From NCBI GenBank assembly GCA_046861645.1, contig JBHHUM010000004.1:1-58063 (forward strand): a DNA stretch of 58,063 nucleotides, in the 5' to 3' direction. Source of the DNA: Fidelibacterota bacterium (lineage in GTDB: Bacteria > Fidelibacterota > Marinisomatia > Marinisomatales > UBA2128). A program made the position numbers and the translations under genes. How positions within the stretch are numbered: position 1 is the stretch's first letter; each line of letters begins with the position of its first letter. The notes under the pieces were generated by a model. The model was not told where the DNA came from and searched no databases. It worked only from the letters and a program-made list of their open reading frames with translations. Positions 47,649-56,849 of this stretch are shown piece after piece.

Positions 47649-48701
47649 TTACAGAGAGGTTTCAATTTTCACTTTTTGTGTACCTGGAATGACAAAGCCA
47701 ATCTTCATTGTTGGAATTTGTAGTTGCTCCAAAATTTTTAGAGCGGCAGTAGATTGTACGGGATCAAGGATAATAATCATGCCGATACCCATATTGAAGG
47801 TACGGAACATTTCCTGATCATTAATATTACCCAGTTTCTTCAGCACGGTAAATAATGGTGGAACCGGCCAGGAATCCTTTTTTATCTTAACACTGCAATT
47901 GGGGGGAAGAATACGAGGTATATTTTCCACCAGTCCACCCCCTGTAATATGAGCAATACCTTTTACAGGCAGGCCATGATCTAGTAGAGTGAAAACAGGA
48001 TGGGTATAGTTCCGGTGTGGTTCCAGGAGTACTTCACCCAGGGTTCCTTCCAGATCGTCCAGGTATGAATCAACTCTATAGCCACCGACTTCAAAGAAGA
48101 GCTTACGGGCCAGTGAATAACCGTTAGTATGTAAGCCACTGGAGGCCAGCCCCAGAACAATATCTCCAGGCCGGATGGATGATCCCGAGATCGTATTACC
48201 TTTATTTACCACACCCGTGATTACCCCAACGAGATCGTGTTCTCCCGGAAGGTATGTATCGGGCATCTCGGCAGTCTCGCCTCCTATCAGAGCTACATTG
48301 CAGTCTCGGCAGGCGGCAGCAATGCCCCTTACGATTTCTTCAATTATCTCAGGGTGCAGGCGGTCATTGGCAATGTAATCGAGGAAGGTTAGTGGACGAG
48401 CGCCGTGAACGATAATATCGTTGCACGTAGCAGCTAACAGGTCAAAACCAATGGTATCGTACTTTCTCATCATTCCTGCAACAATCATTTTGGTACCCAC
48501 GCCATCAATGCTCTGTACCAGTACCGGGTGATTGTAGTCCTTAAGAAGTACTTTTAGGTCGACCATAGCGCCAAAGCTTCCTACATCAGTCATAACAGCG
48601 GAGCTGAAGGTGCTTTGCACATGCGACTTAATGCGCGCAACTGCTTCGTTGCCAGCGGTTATGTCAACACCAGCGGATTTGTAGTCTATTGATTTAGCCA
48701 C
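47649..48701 (-). CDS. purM: AIR synthetase
   Basis: YKSAGVDI, DGVGTK, GGETAEMP, SSGLHTNGYSL, HITGGG, TFNMGIG. Confidence 0.96.
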   Translation of the reverse strand: MAKSIDYKSAGVDITAGNEAVARIKSHVQSTFSSAVMTDVGSFGAMVDLKVLLKDYNHPVLVQSIDGVGTKMIVAGMMRKYDTIGFDLLAATCNDIIVHGARPLTFLDYIANDRLHPEIIEEIVRGIAAACRDCNVALIGGETAEMPDTYLPGEHDLVGVITGVVNKGNTISGSSIRPGDIVLGLASSGLHTNGYSLARKLFFEVGGYRVDSYLDDLEGTLGEVLLEPHRNYTHPVFTLLDHGLPVKGIAHITGGGLVENIPRILPPNCSVKIKKDSWPVPPLFTVLKKLGNINDQEMFRTFNMGIGMIIILDPVQSTAALKILEQLQIPTMKIGFVIPGTQKVKIETSL

Positions 48702-48728
48702 GAGTACGTTAATCTGTACATCTTGCTG

Positions 48729-51068
48729 TTAACTCAATTTGTCTCGTAAACTATTTTCCCAAGCTTCTTTTGCTGTGGTAACGAGAAGCTCCACAAGGTT
48801 GTTTATTTTTATAATTGCTTCGCCAGTAGTTGCGCCAATTTCAGTTACTACAATTCCGTGTGATAAGAAGATATCCCTGAGTGTCTCTAAATTCTCGTGA
48901 GCAACTTCCAGCACAAATCCACCGGTTTCACAGAATAGCTTTTTGTCATTCGACAATTCTCCCGGGATAGAAACGTCACACCCGATATCATTCCGGAAGC
49001 TCATCTCAGCCAGTGTAACCGCGATACCCCCTTCAGAGATGTCGTGGCAGGCACGGATCAGTCTGGATGATATAGCATCAGTTACAGCAAAGATTTCACC
49101 TTCTACCTCTTGTAGTTCTGGTTTAGGAACCCTGGCGCCTAATTTATCATGGAGAGCGTAGTAAATACTACCACCGCATTCGTCCTTTCGTATGCCTACC
49201 AGTAATAATACTGAATCCGTCTGCTTGAAGTAAGGAGTTACAGCTTGAGAGGCGTCTTTCATCTTTCCCAGACAGGCGATAACAGGACTCGGGGGGATAG
49301 GACCCTTCCGTGATTCGTTATAAAAGGAAACATTACCGGCAATGATAGGCGTGGCTTTATCTGGATAATCTTTCAGATGGATGCTTTGGCATGCGTCAGC
49401 AACACCTCTAGTAGCTGCGACGAATTGTCCCATTTGGTCTTTCTTCTCAGGATTTCCGAAACAGAGGCAGTCAGTAATGGCAACGGGTGTGGCTCCAACG
49501 GCAACTACGTTACGCATGGATTCCACAACGGCATTCACCGCACCCCAGTAGGGGTCAATTTTACAGTAGCGAGGGTTATGATCGGTGGAGAGAGCGATCC
49601 CGGTAGAACGTATCTCCAAGGGATAGTTGTCACTGTTGAAAGGTTGCATAACGCCAGCGTCGGCCACGCCGCTCTCTACCACGGTTCTTCCTTGAACCTG
49701 CTTGTCATAGGTTTCGAAAATCGGTTGCCTTGAGGCGACGTTTTCATGGGATAAAATTTGAAGAAGAATACTATTATAGTTCTTCGGTTCTGGGATTTCT
49801 GGTTCAATCTGGTGATTGGCAGGTTTTGAAAAAGAGCGGTTATAGAGGAGTCCCCTGGTGACTTGATCTGCTGGTGCGTCAATGATTACTTCCCCCTGGG
49901 AGTGTACTACATATTGTCCATCACCACGTATTTTGCCTACGACCCTGGCCTCAGCGCCCTGGGATATTTTGGGAAGATCAAAGACCTTATTGTAGTGCTT
50001 AAGAATTAAAGGTGTCAAATCTGGATGGGTAACCCACATGAATCGTTCCTGAGTTTCAGAACAGAGAATTACGGAGGGGTGTAGATGGTCCATATCAGCA
50101 TGTACTTCGTCGAGGTTAATTTCGGCCCCATAACCCGCATTATCCGCTAGTTCCACACTGGAACAGGCAATGCCCCCAGCCCCTAAATCTTTGAATCCCA
50201 CCTTGTGTAGATTGCCTTGTTTTTTCAGGATTGAAAAAAGTGTATAAGTAGCTTGCAACAGGTGTCTTTCCAGGAAAGCATTTGGTTCTTGAACAGCAGC
50301 TTTCTTAAACTCCTTTTCGTCTTCATTTAATTCCAGAGAGGCAAAGCTGGCCCCTCCAAAACCACTGTTATCCGTGGGCTTGCCCACCAGAATCAAGTCG
50401 TAGTTCTCAGCATTTTCTGGAGCGGTGGAGTGAATGACTTCATCCTCTCGAACGATACCCAGAGTAACTACTGTAACCAGGCAGTTATCATTGTAGCCGT
50501 CGTCGAAGTATAGGTCACCACAGAGATTTGGCACGCCGATGGGATTACCATACCCGGCAATTCCTGATACGACACCTTCGCAGATCCATTTGGTCTTAGG
50601 GGTGTTGATATCTCCAAAACGGAGTCCATCTGCCACGGCTATTACCTCTGCACCCATGCAGCAGACATCCCGGACATTTCCGCCGATACCTGTGGCGGCT
50701 CCTTCATACGGCACGATCTGCGACGGGTGGTTATGGGATTCATGACTCATGACAATGCAATAGCGACGATCGTGATGGTCTGTAGCAACAGCAACAATAC
50801 CAGCGTCTTCTTTTGCACCTAAGACTACCGAGGGGCCTTCAGTCACAAATTGTTTCAAGTGGGGTCGACTGCTTTTGTATGAGGAGTGCTCTGAACCCTG
50901 GATGGACCAGAGGATACATTCAGTCAGGGAGGGAGGTCGCTGCAGGATATCGTTCTGGATCTTGAGTACCTCTGTAGGTTTCAGGGCGATACCATACGAC
51001 GCCAGCTTTGAGATAATCTCTGCCTGGGATAGGGCATTAAAATCGATGGTCTCAGAAGTAAAATTCAA
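48729..51068 (-). CDS. purL: FGAM synthase, small-type PurL
   Basis: SEHSSYKSS, ESHNHPS...PYEGAATG.GG..RD, DLGAGG, SETQER, HDISEGG. Start probably TTG 51068, just after the purA stop. Confidence 0.94.
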   Translation of the reverse strand: MNFTSETIDFNALSQAEIISKLASYGIALKPTEVLKIQNDILQRPPSLTECILWSIQGSEHSSYKSSRPHLKQFVTEGPSVVLGAKEDAGIVAVATDHHDRRYCIVMSHESHNHPSQIVPYEGAATGIGGNVRDVCCMGAEVIAVADGLRFGDINTPKTKWICEGVVSGIAGYGNPIGVPNLCGDLYFDDGYNDNCLVTVVTLGIVREDEVIHSTAPENAENYDLILVGKPTDNSGFGGASFASLELNEDEKEFKKAAVQEPNAFLERHLLQATYTLFSILKKQGNLHKVGFKDLGAGGIACSSVELADNAGYGAEINLDEVHADMDHLHPSVILCSETQERFMWVTHPDLTPLILKHYNKVFDLPKISQGAEARVVGKIRGDGQYVVHSQGEVIIDAPADQVTRGLLYNRSFSKPANHQIEPEIPEPKNYNSILLQILSHENVASRQPIFETYDKQVQGRTVVESGVADAGVMQPFNSDNYPLEIRSTGIALSTDHNPRYCKIDPYWGAVNAVVESMRNVVAVGATPVAITDCLCFGNPEKKDQMGQFVAATRGVADACQSIHLKDYPDKATPIIAGNVSFYNESRKGPIPPSPVIACLGKMKDASQAVTPYFKQTDSVLLLVGIRKDECGGSIYYALHDKLGARVPKPELQEVEGEIFAVTDAISSRLIRACHDISEGGIAVTLAEMSFRNDIGCDVSIPGELSNDKKLFCETGGFVLEVAHENLETLRDIFLSHGIVVTEIGATTGEAIIKINNLVELLVTTAKEAWENSLRDKLS

Positions 51069-51070
51069 TG

Positions 51071-52381
51071 CTATGAGCGTATGATAGTTCGTGTGCGTTC
51101 TGGACCGAGAGAAATGATTGAGATCGGACAATCGACCTCAGTTTCAATGAGTTCGATATAACCACGCACGGCACTGGGGAGACTGTCGAAGCCTTTATCA
51201 CAGAAGTTTACACTATCTTGCGGGTCAATTTCTGCCCAACCGGGAACTGTGGTGAATACTGGATGGACTCTCCGCATCTTTTCGAGACTGGCTGGCATCT
51301 CTGTAAATGTTGATTCACCAATTTTGTAGGCGGTGCAGATATGAAGGGGATCGAAACCTGATAACACATCCAATTTTGTGATAGCAAGTTCGGTGAGTCC
51401 GTTAATACGTATTGCCTGGCGCAGCTGTACCAGATCGAGGTATCCGATACGGCGTGGTCTCCCTGTAGTAGTGCCGAATTCATTACCCTTCCTGCGTAGT
51501 TTGTCACCGAAGTTATCTGTAAGCTCAGTCGGGAAAGGACTGATACCTACGCGCGTAACATAGGCCTTAGCGACACCGATGATGCGACGGTTACCGTTGA
51601 TACCTACTCCCGATCCAGCAGCAGCGTGCCCGGCCACAGTGGTAGAACTGGTGGTGTGGGGATATAGCCCATGATCCACATCCAGTGACATACCCTGGGC
51701 ACCCTCAAAGAGGAATGTTTTACCGTTTTGGTAGCCTCGATAAAGTTCCAATTCCGTATCTGTAATGTATTCTTGTAACCTTTCGCCGTACTCAAGATAG
51801 GTGGTATAAATGCTGTCAAAACTGAGGTCGAACCGGGCTTGGAAAGCATGCTCAATTACATTTTTATTAAACGTATAAGCTTTGGTGAGTTTTTCCTCGA
51901 ATAGGGCAGGCTCCTGAAGATCGCCCAGGCGAATGCCGTGACGGTACATTTTGTCGGCGTAAACAGGAGCTATACCCCGTTTGGTACTTCCAGCAGCCAG
52001 CTGGCCCTGATGCCCGGTGAGGCATTCATCCATAATAATATGATAGGGCATAATCACATGAGCCCGCTCACTGACCATAAGTTTAGGTTCGATCTGGCGT
52101 TCTCTCAGTGCTGCAATTTCGGAGAGTAATATTTTGGGGTCGACCACCACACCAGCTCCAATGACAGAAACAGGTCGGGAATAAAGAACACCCGAGGGAA
52201 TCAGATGTAGTTTATAAACCTCCTTACCGACAATAACCGTATGACCAGCATTGTTACCCCCCTGAAAGCGGACAACATAATCACACTCCCCTGCAAAATA
52301 GTCTGTGATTTTACCTTTGCCTTCATCCCCCCACTGGGTACCCACGATTATTGTAGTTTGAGGCTTGTTGTTATTGTGCAT
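51071..52381 (-). CDS. purA: Adenylosuccinate synthetase
   Basis: QWGDEGKGK, GGNNAGHT, EGAQG..LD.DHG.YP, EFGTTTGRPRR, TKLDVL. Confidence 0.97.
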   Translation of the reverse strand: MHNNNKPQTTIIVGTQWGDEGKGKITDYFAGECDYVVRFQGGNNAGHTVIVGKEVYKLHLIPSGVLYSRPVSVIGAGVVVDPKILLSEIAALRERQIEPKLMVSERAHVIMPYHIIMDECLTGHQGQLAAGSTKRGIAPVYADKMYRHGIRLGDLQEPALFEEKLTKAYTFNKNVIEHAFQARFDLSFDSIYTTYLEYGERLQEYITDTELELYRGYQNGKTFLFEGAQGMSLDVDHGLYPHTTSSTTVAGHAAAGSGVGINGNRRIIGVAKAYVTRVGISPFPTELTDNFGDKLRRKGNEFGTTTGRPRRIGYLDLVQLRQAIRINGLTELAITKLDVLSGFDPLHICTAYKIGESTFTEMPASLEKMRRVHPVFTTVPGWAEIDPQDSVNFCDKGFDSLPSAVRGYIELIETEVDCPISIISLGPERTRTIIRS

Positions 52382-52644
52382 GGGCAGGTGGGTTGAACTT
52401 AGAGAACGGTAGGAAAGGAGAGAGAGAACCTGTATTCAGAAGGAGATAAGGCACGCTGTAAGAATCCGAGGTTTCCAGCTGCAAATGTCCGGTGTCTTCA
52501 CGGGGAAGGAGGTGAGCACAAAAGCTGTCTCAATTCTGATCAACTTGGTTTCTGATGGTGAAGTGAGAAAGGTAAAGTTTACATTCTGTTGGTGGAAAGT
52601 GGAACGTGAAAATAAGAGAAATTTGAGTGATATGTAGAATTATT

Positions 52645-53574
52645 TCACTTAGGTGAGGTATTTGCACTACTACTACGGTTTATTAGATAGACGGCAGTCA
52701 TAGCCAAAATTCCACCCGCAATTGTTGAAACTTCCAGTACCTCCTTCAGAAAGATCATGCTGAAGATTACAGCACTTACCGGAACCGTAAAGATGAAAGC
52801 ACTGGCTCTCTCTGAACCGAGTCTTACCGTACCAAAGAAATAGACAGTGGTAGCGAAAACCATGGAACCAAGTGTTACCAGCAGAAGGTTTAGCCAGAAA
52901 ATCCGGTCGTAAGTGAATATTGTGAAGACGTTGTATTCAGCAGCGAATGGGTAGGAAAGAAGTGCAGCGATGGAAAATATCCAGAAGCTGAATGTGAGAG
53001 TAGGGATGTACTCTTTGGCTTTAGCAGTGATCACAGTCAGGAGCGCCCAAGAGAGAGAACAGATGATAAAGTATGTATTTCCGCTTACCATAAGCTGATC
53101 GAAGCTAAAGTCCCACACCTTCAGAATGAGAGCTCCTCCAACTAGACCAAACAGCAGCCCTAAGGCTTCTTTTGTGAGTGGAATTCGTCTGGCGAGAGCA
53201 ATTGCTAATATGAAGGTGAATACGGGATTCATGGTTGGCACCACGACACCGCCGATGCTGGCCAACCCGATATGTGTTCCATAGAAATAGGCGAAGTTGT
53301 AAAGTGTAATGGAGACAGCTCCACCTAAGACCAGCAGAGTGCTTTTTAGAGGGAGCTTCGGGGATTGTTTAGTGATAAAGAGAATCGGTACAAAGGAGAG
53401 TCCCGATAAGGCAAACCGCCAGAACGTGAGCACTGATGCAGAGGTGTAGGTACCCAGCACTTTGGCGTTGGTCCACGAGAGACCCCACATGAACATAGCG
53501 AGAATGAGGAGCAGGTAGAGTCCGAGGTGGGAACCTTGGCGTTTCACAGAGTATGCTTGACGATTACTCGTCAA
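52645..53574 (-). CDS. EamA/DMT family transporter
   Basis: About 10 TM helices in two repeats; MWG.SW, WRF, PVF, PVSA. Start may be GTG 53547. Confidence 0.88.
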   Translation of the reverse strand: MTSNRQAYSVKRQGSHLGLYLLLILAMFMWGLSWTNAKVLGTYTSASVLTFWRFALSGLSFVPILFITKQSPKLPLKSTLLVLGGAVSITLYNFAYFYGTHIGLASIGGVVVPTMNPVFTFILAIALARRIPLTKEALGLLFGLVGGALILKVWDFSFDQLMVSGNTYFIICSLSWALLTVITAKAKEYIPTLTFSFWIFSIAALLSYPFAAEYNVFTIFTYDRIFWLNLLLVTLGSMVFATTVYFFGTVRLGSERASAFIFTVPVSAVIFSMIFLKEVLEVSTIAGGILAMTAVYLINRSSSANTSPK

Positions 53575-53944
53575 GCTTTTCTACTGTTATAAGGTGGTCG
53601 TCCCGGACGGAATCCAGTACCCTGGGGTCACCATCCAACTGTCCGAGAATATTGATCGCAGTAACCAGGCGGCATTCATCTCCCTTGGAAATGGGTGTAG
53701 GTCCGTAGGGAATATCGAGGGAACTGCCTTCAACCCAAAAGCATATGGCACAGGGCGGCACAACCTGCCGGGCGTCCGGCTCGAGGTCTATATCTACAGG
53801 CACGGAGAAATAGACCTATTCTCCCCAGGTGTGGGTACTTGATTCTCAGGGAAGTGCTTCAAGGAGTGCCGTGGCTGTAGGAGAATTGTTTAGAATGCCG
53901 GTGACCTCTCCGGTGAGCCGTAAGATGCGGATGAGGTTGCTCAT
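53564..53944 (-). pseudogene. Cyclophilin-like-fold (DUF369/TM1367-like) protein with two in-frame stops
   Basis: Manual translation MSNLIRILRLTGEVTGILNNSPTATALLEALP*ESSTHTWGE*VYFSVPV...FWVEG..L.IPYGPTPIS. Homology continues across both stops. Confidence 0.75.
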
Positions 53945-54256
53945 TCTTATTATTGTAGTTTTATGAATATATCAAGTAGATGAGACAGTCTTTTCTTCTT
54001 ACTCAATTTAGTCGTCTTGGGTCCTAAAGTGTAGTAAAAGAAAGGTTGTTAAAACAGATTAATATTTTGGTGGGAAGTATAGTTGATTCAAGGCAAACAA
54101 GAAACGAGGCAGTATTATGATAGGAGGAACAGTATTTAAAAGGACGTTATATGAACCCTATGACTATAAATCAGAATAGAAATTAGGTATAATAATATAA
54201 ATATCATTGCTATAATATTATTGATAACTACATATTACACTATATATAAATAATAC

Positions 54257-54285
54257 TTGACATTTGTGCTGAGGTTGAGTATAAT
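54257..54285 (+). promoter_or_regulatory. Perfect-consensus sigma70 promoter at the start of an AT-rich island
   Basis: TTGACA-N17-TATAAT with a very AT-rich upstream (UP-like) region. Confidence 0.75.
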
Positions 54286-54411
54286 ACTTCCAGTTCGTTG
54301 ATTAAAATGTATGATGAAATAATTTCGTGAATTATGTGCTAGATGATGCTAAACTATGTAAGAAGATGTAGTAATAGGCTGATCACACCCTATCATAATG
54401 AGGCGAAGGTG

Positions 54412-54483
54412 ATGAAACATATCAAACATATCCTATTGGTAGTATTTATGGTAACTGCTTGTGCCGACACAACGCACATTTGA
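54412..54483 (+). pseudogene. Truncated lipoprotein gene (signal peptide only)
   Basis: MKHIKHILLVVFMVTAC-ADTTHI*: a lipobox followed by a stop, with more stops downstream. Confidence 0.4.
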
Positions 54484-54679
54484 ACCGCTGATCAGCAAGT
54501 TGGTAAAGCTTGTCAAAGCCACATCTAGGGCATTCATTACCAGCAATAAAATCTTCAACCGCTCTAATCATAACCAGGCTAATTTAATGCCTGGTCCGGA
54601 AATTACCCAATTACCTAAAAAAACCATGTATTGCCTAAGAATGGGGTAGGTTACAATCGCAAATATACTAGGAACTACT

Positions 54680-55906
54680 ATGAAACAAAATATTCTGCCA
54701 ATCCTTTTTCTTGTATTCTCGAGTCTGAACATTCTTGTGTCACAAAGAGTATCTAGCTTGGATGAAATATTACCCAAAGCCGTAAAAGAATGGGAAAAGC
54801 CTGTTCAAGGTGTCGTGATGGATATTGAGGTTCCGAAATTCGATAACCACGTTTATTATGTAACGGAGGATGAGGATAAGTTCAGACTTTATAAGACCAC
54901 TTTGGACGGTAATCAAGTTTGGATTCGGGAGTGGGATAAAGGGAAACCCTATCATTACGTATACGGGTTAAAAGTATCGAATTGGGGTAACTTAGTGTGT
55001 GTTCACAGCGTAGACGGTAGTGATGAAAACGTTCGAACGAGAGTATATGACGGCGATGGAAACCTAACTTATTATTCCACTCGTGGACGTGACAGCAAAG
55101 GATACAAGATGGGGTTTTACTATCCTTCGCCCAGTGGATTGTACCTTAGTTACGAAGAAACGAATGGCTTCTCCCCCTTGGAAATCTTTACCACGAAAGG
55201 GGAAGTCATTGAAATCGAGAATACCTCTCTTCTAAAAGGGGAACGACATAAGCACCGGTTTGTAGCTAAAGACCGGCTCCTTGTCTACGAGGGATTCAAG
55301 GGGAGGGGGTATCTGTATTTGATTACAGTTCCCGATGGTAACGTGTCATGGACTTTTGAATTTGACAGTCCCTTCTGGCTTATCGACTTTAATGAGCGAA
55401 ATTGCAACTATACTGACAAATACATAGCTATTCAAGGAACAAGGAGACCCAGTGATCTATACCTCTTCGATTACGGTGGAAACTTAATATGGAAAGTAGG
55501 AGGATTATACTCCAACCATGCCATTTCATTTTCCAATAATTGGCAGAAGGTAATGACCGTAGATGAAGGGCGCAATGTTGTAGTAATAGACGTTAGAACA
55601 GGAAAAATGACTAATAAGATTTATGTTGATCCTTGGAGCTTGCTAAATCGGCCACAATTTGAAATGTTAGAGAATACTCTTCTAATTACACAAGCTGATG
55701 GGATTGGTAATCTAGATGAGAAAATAGGAGTACGATATTTTTCTCATATCATTTCTTTGAATCCTGACGGAAGTAAGAATGAACACATGGCGATAAAGGG
55801 GGTAATCAGTACAAAATATGACGCAGAGTCTGGAAGTATGGTTATTCTGAATGCAGAAATTGATAAACAGACTATTACCAGGAGGACAAAACTTGTTGAA
55901 GAATAG
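54680..55906 (+). CDS. Secreted beta-propeller-like protein
   Basis: Signal peptide; repeated blades (LDGNQVW, GDGNLTY, PDGNVSW, YGGNLIW, RTGKMT). Confidence 0.7.
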   Translation: MKQNILPILFLVFSSLNILVSQRVSSLDEILPKAVKEWEKPVQGVVMDIEVPKFDNHVYYVTEDEDKFRLYKTTLDGNQVWIREWDKGKPYHYVYGLKVSNWGNLVCVHSVDGSDENVRTRVYDGDGNLTYYSTRGRDSKGYKMGFYYPSPSGLYLSYEETNGFSPLEIFTTKGEVIEIENTSLLKGERHKHRFVAKDRLLVYEGFKGRGYLYLITVPDGNVSWTFEFDSPFWLIDFNERNCNYTDKYIAIQGTRRPSDLYLFDYGGNLIWKVGGLYSNHAISFSNNWQKVMTVDEGRNVVVIDVRTGKMTNKIYVDPWSLLNRPQFEMLENTLLITQADGIGNLDEKIGVRYFSHIISLNPDGSKNEHMAIKGVISTKYDAESGSMVILNAEIDKQTITRRTKLVEE

Positions 55907-56849
55907 TCCGGTGTTGTTCTTTTCAATAGCGATAGCTGTAATTCTACCAGCAACTGTTTATGGTTTTACTTGGCCTATTGATATTGGACAATCTAACGCT
56001 CCTATCACCTCTCCTTTTGGGCCTAGGTTACATCCTTACGGCTATTATGATTTTCACCCTGGAGTTGACATAAGGACTTGGTATAGTACTACCGTAGTCG
56101 CAGCTCATGATGGGTATGCAGATTGGATTGGAAATAATGGGGGTTATGGTAAGATGATTTTCCTAGGAGAAGCATATTATGTGTACGCTACAGGCTATGC
56201 TCATCTTGAAAATTATAATGTTACTCAGGGCGATGTAGCATATGAAGGTGATCAAATTGCCGGTTCCGATGGTAATCATCTTCATTTCAACTATTACACT
56301 CGTAATGTTGATGATCTTTATTATGGTGATCACCCTAGCGATCCCGACACGGAAAATCCTATGAATATTTTGCCCTATAGTGATGATGGTTGGGGGCCAG
56401 ATTCACCTTTTGAATCGCGTGGAGCTACAGGAACAAGCAGTGATATAACTAATGTTTATTTCGATATAGAGACACAGGGTAACGAACTGGATTTAAATAT
56501 CATTGATCTAACATTGTGGGGGCAAATTACATATTTTCGACAAGAATTTGACACCAGAGAAAATATTGAAACAGATGATGGTATTAACCAAACCCAATCC
56601 ATAGATGTTAATGTGTGGCCGTATGGAAGTATTATGGTAACCTATACCGTTTATAATTTTGATGTTGATAACGATGACGTTCAAATTCTAACGGTCCATT
56701 ATGATTTTTCGTCCTATACTGAACAAATAGTTGCTCAGGATATTCAGATTGATATATCTGATGTAAAAGATAATTGGTTGACATTGTCTGGGTTCAGTGC
56801 CTCAACCATAGAAACCCCCAAAGAGGACCACAATCATAAAGGGCTATGA
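55893..56849 (+). CDS. Secreted M23 family metallopeptidase with unknown acidic C-terminal domain
   Basis: WPI, ITSPFGPR.HP, FHPGVDI (HxxxD), GGYGK, YAHL, NHLHF (HxH). Start approximate. Confidence 0.85.
   Translation: MLKNSPVLFFSIAIAVILPATVYGFTWPIDIGQSNAPITSPFGPRLHPYGYYDFHPGVDIRTWYSTTVVAAHDGYADWIGNNGGYGKMIFLGEAYYVYATGYAHLENYNVTQGDVAYEGDQIAGSDGNHLHFNYYTRNVDDLYYGDHPSDPDTENPMNILPYSDDGWGPDSPFESRGATGTSSDITNVYFDIETQGNELDLNIIDLTLWGQITYFRQEFDTRENIETDDGINQTQSIDVNVWPYGSIMVTYTVYNFDVDNDDVQILTVHYDFSSYTEQIVAQDIQIDISDVKDNWLTLSGFSASTIETPKEDHNHKGL

Noticed and set aside
52382-52644. Purine, ZTP or PRPP riboswitch upstream of purA
   Set aside because: I could not find the conserved cores of these families; the leader is just pyrimidine-rich on the coding strand.
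53790-53860. Selenocysteine/pyrrolysine or genetic-code reassignment explaining in-frame stops (also in hicA and the NYN gene)
   Set aside because: TGA and TAG both end many normal genes here, and the affected genes carry other lesions or two different stops.
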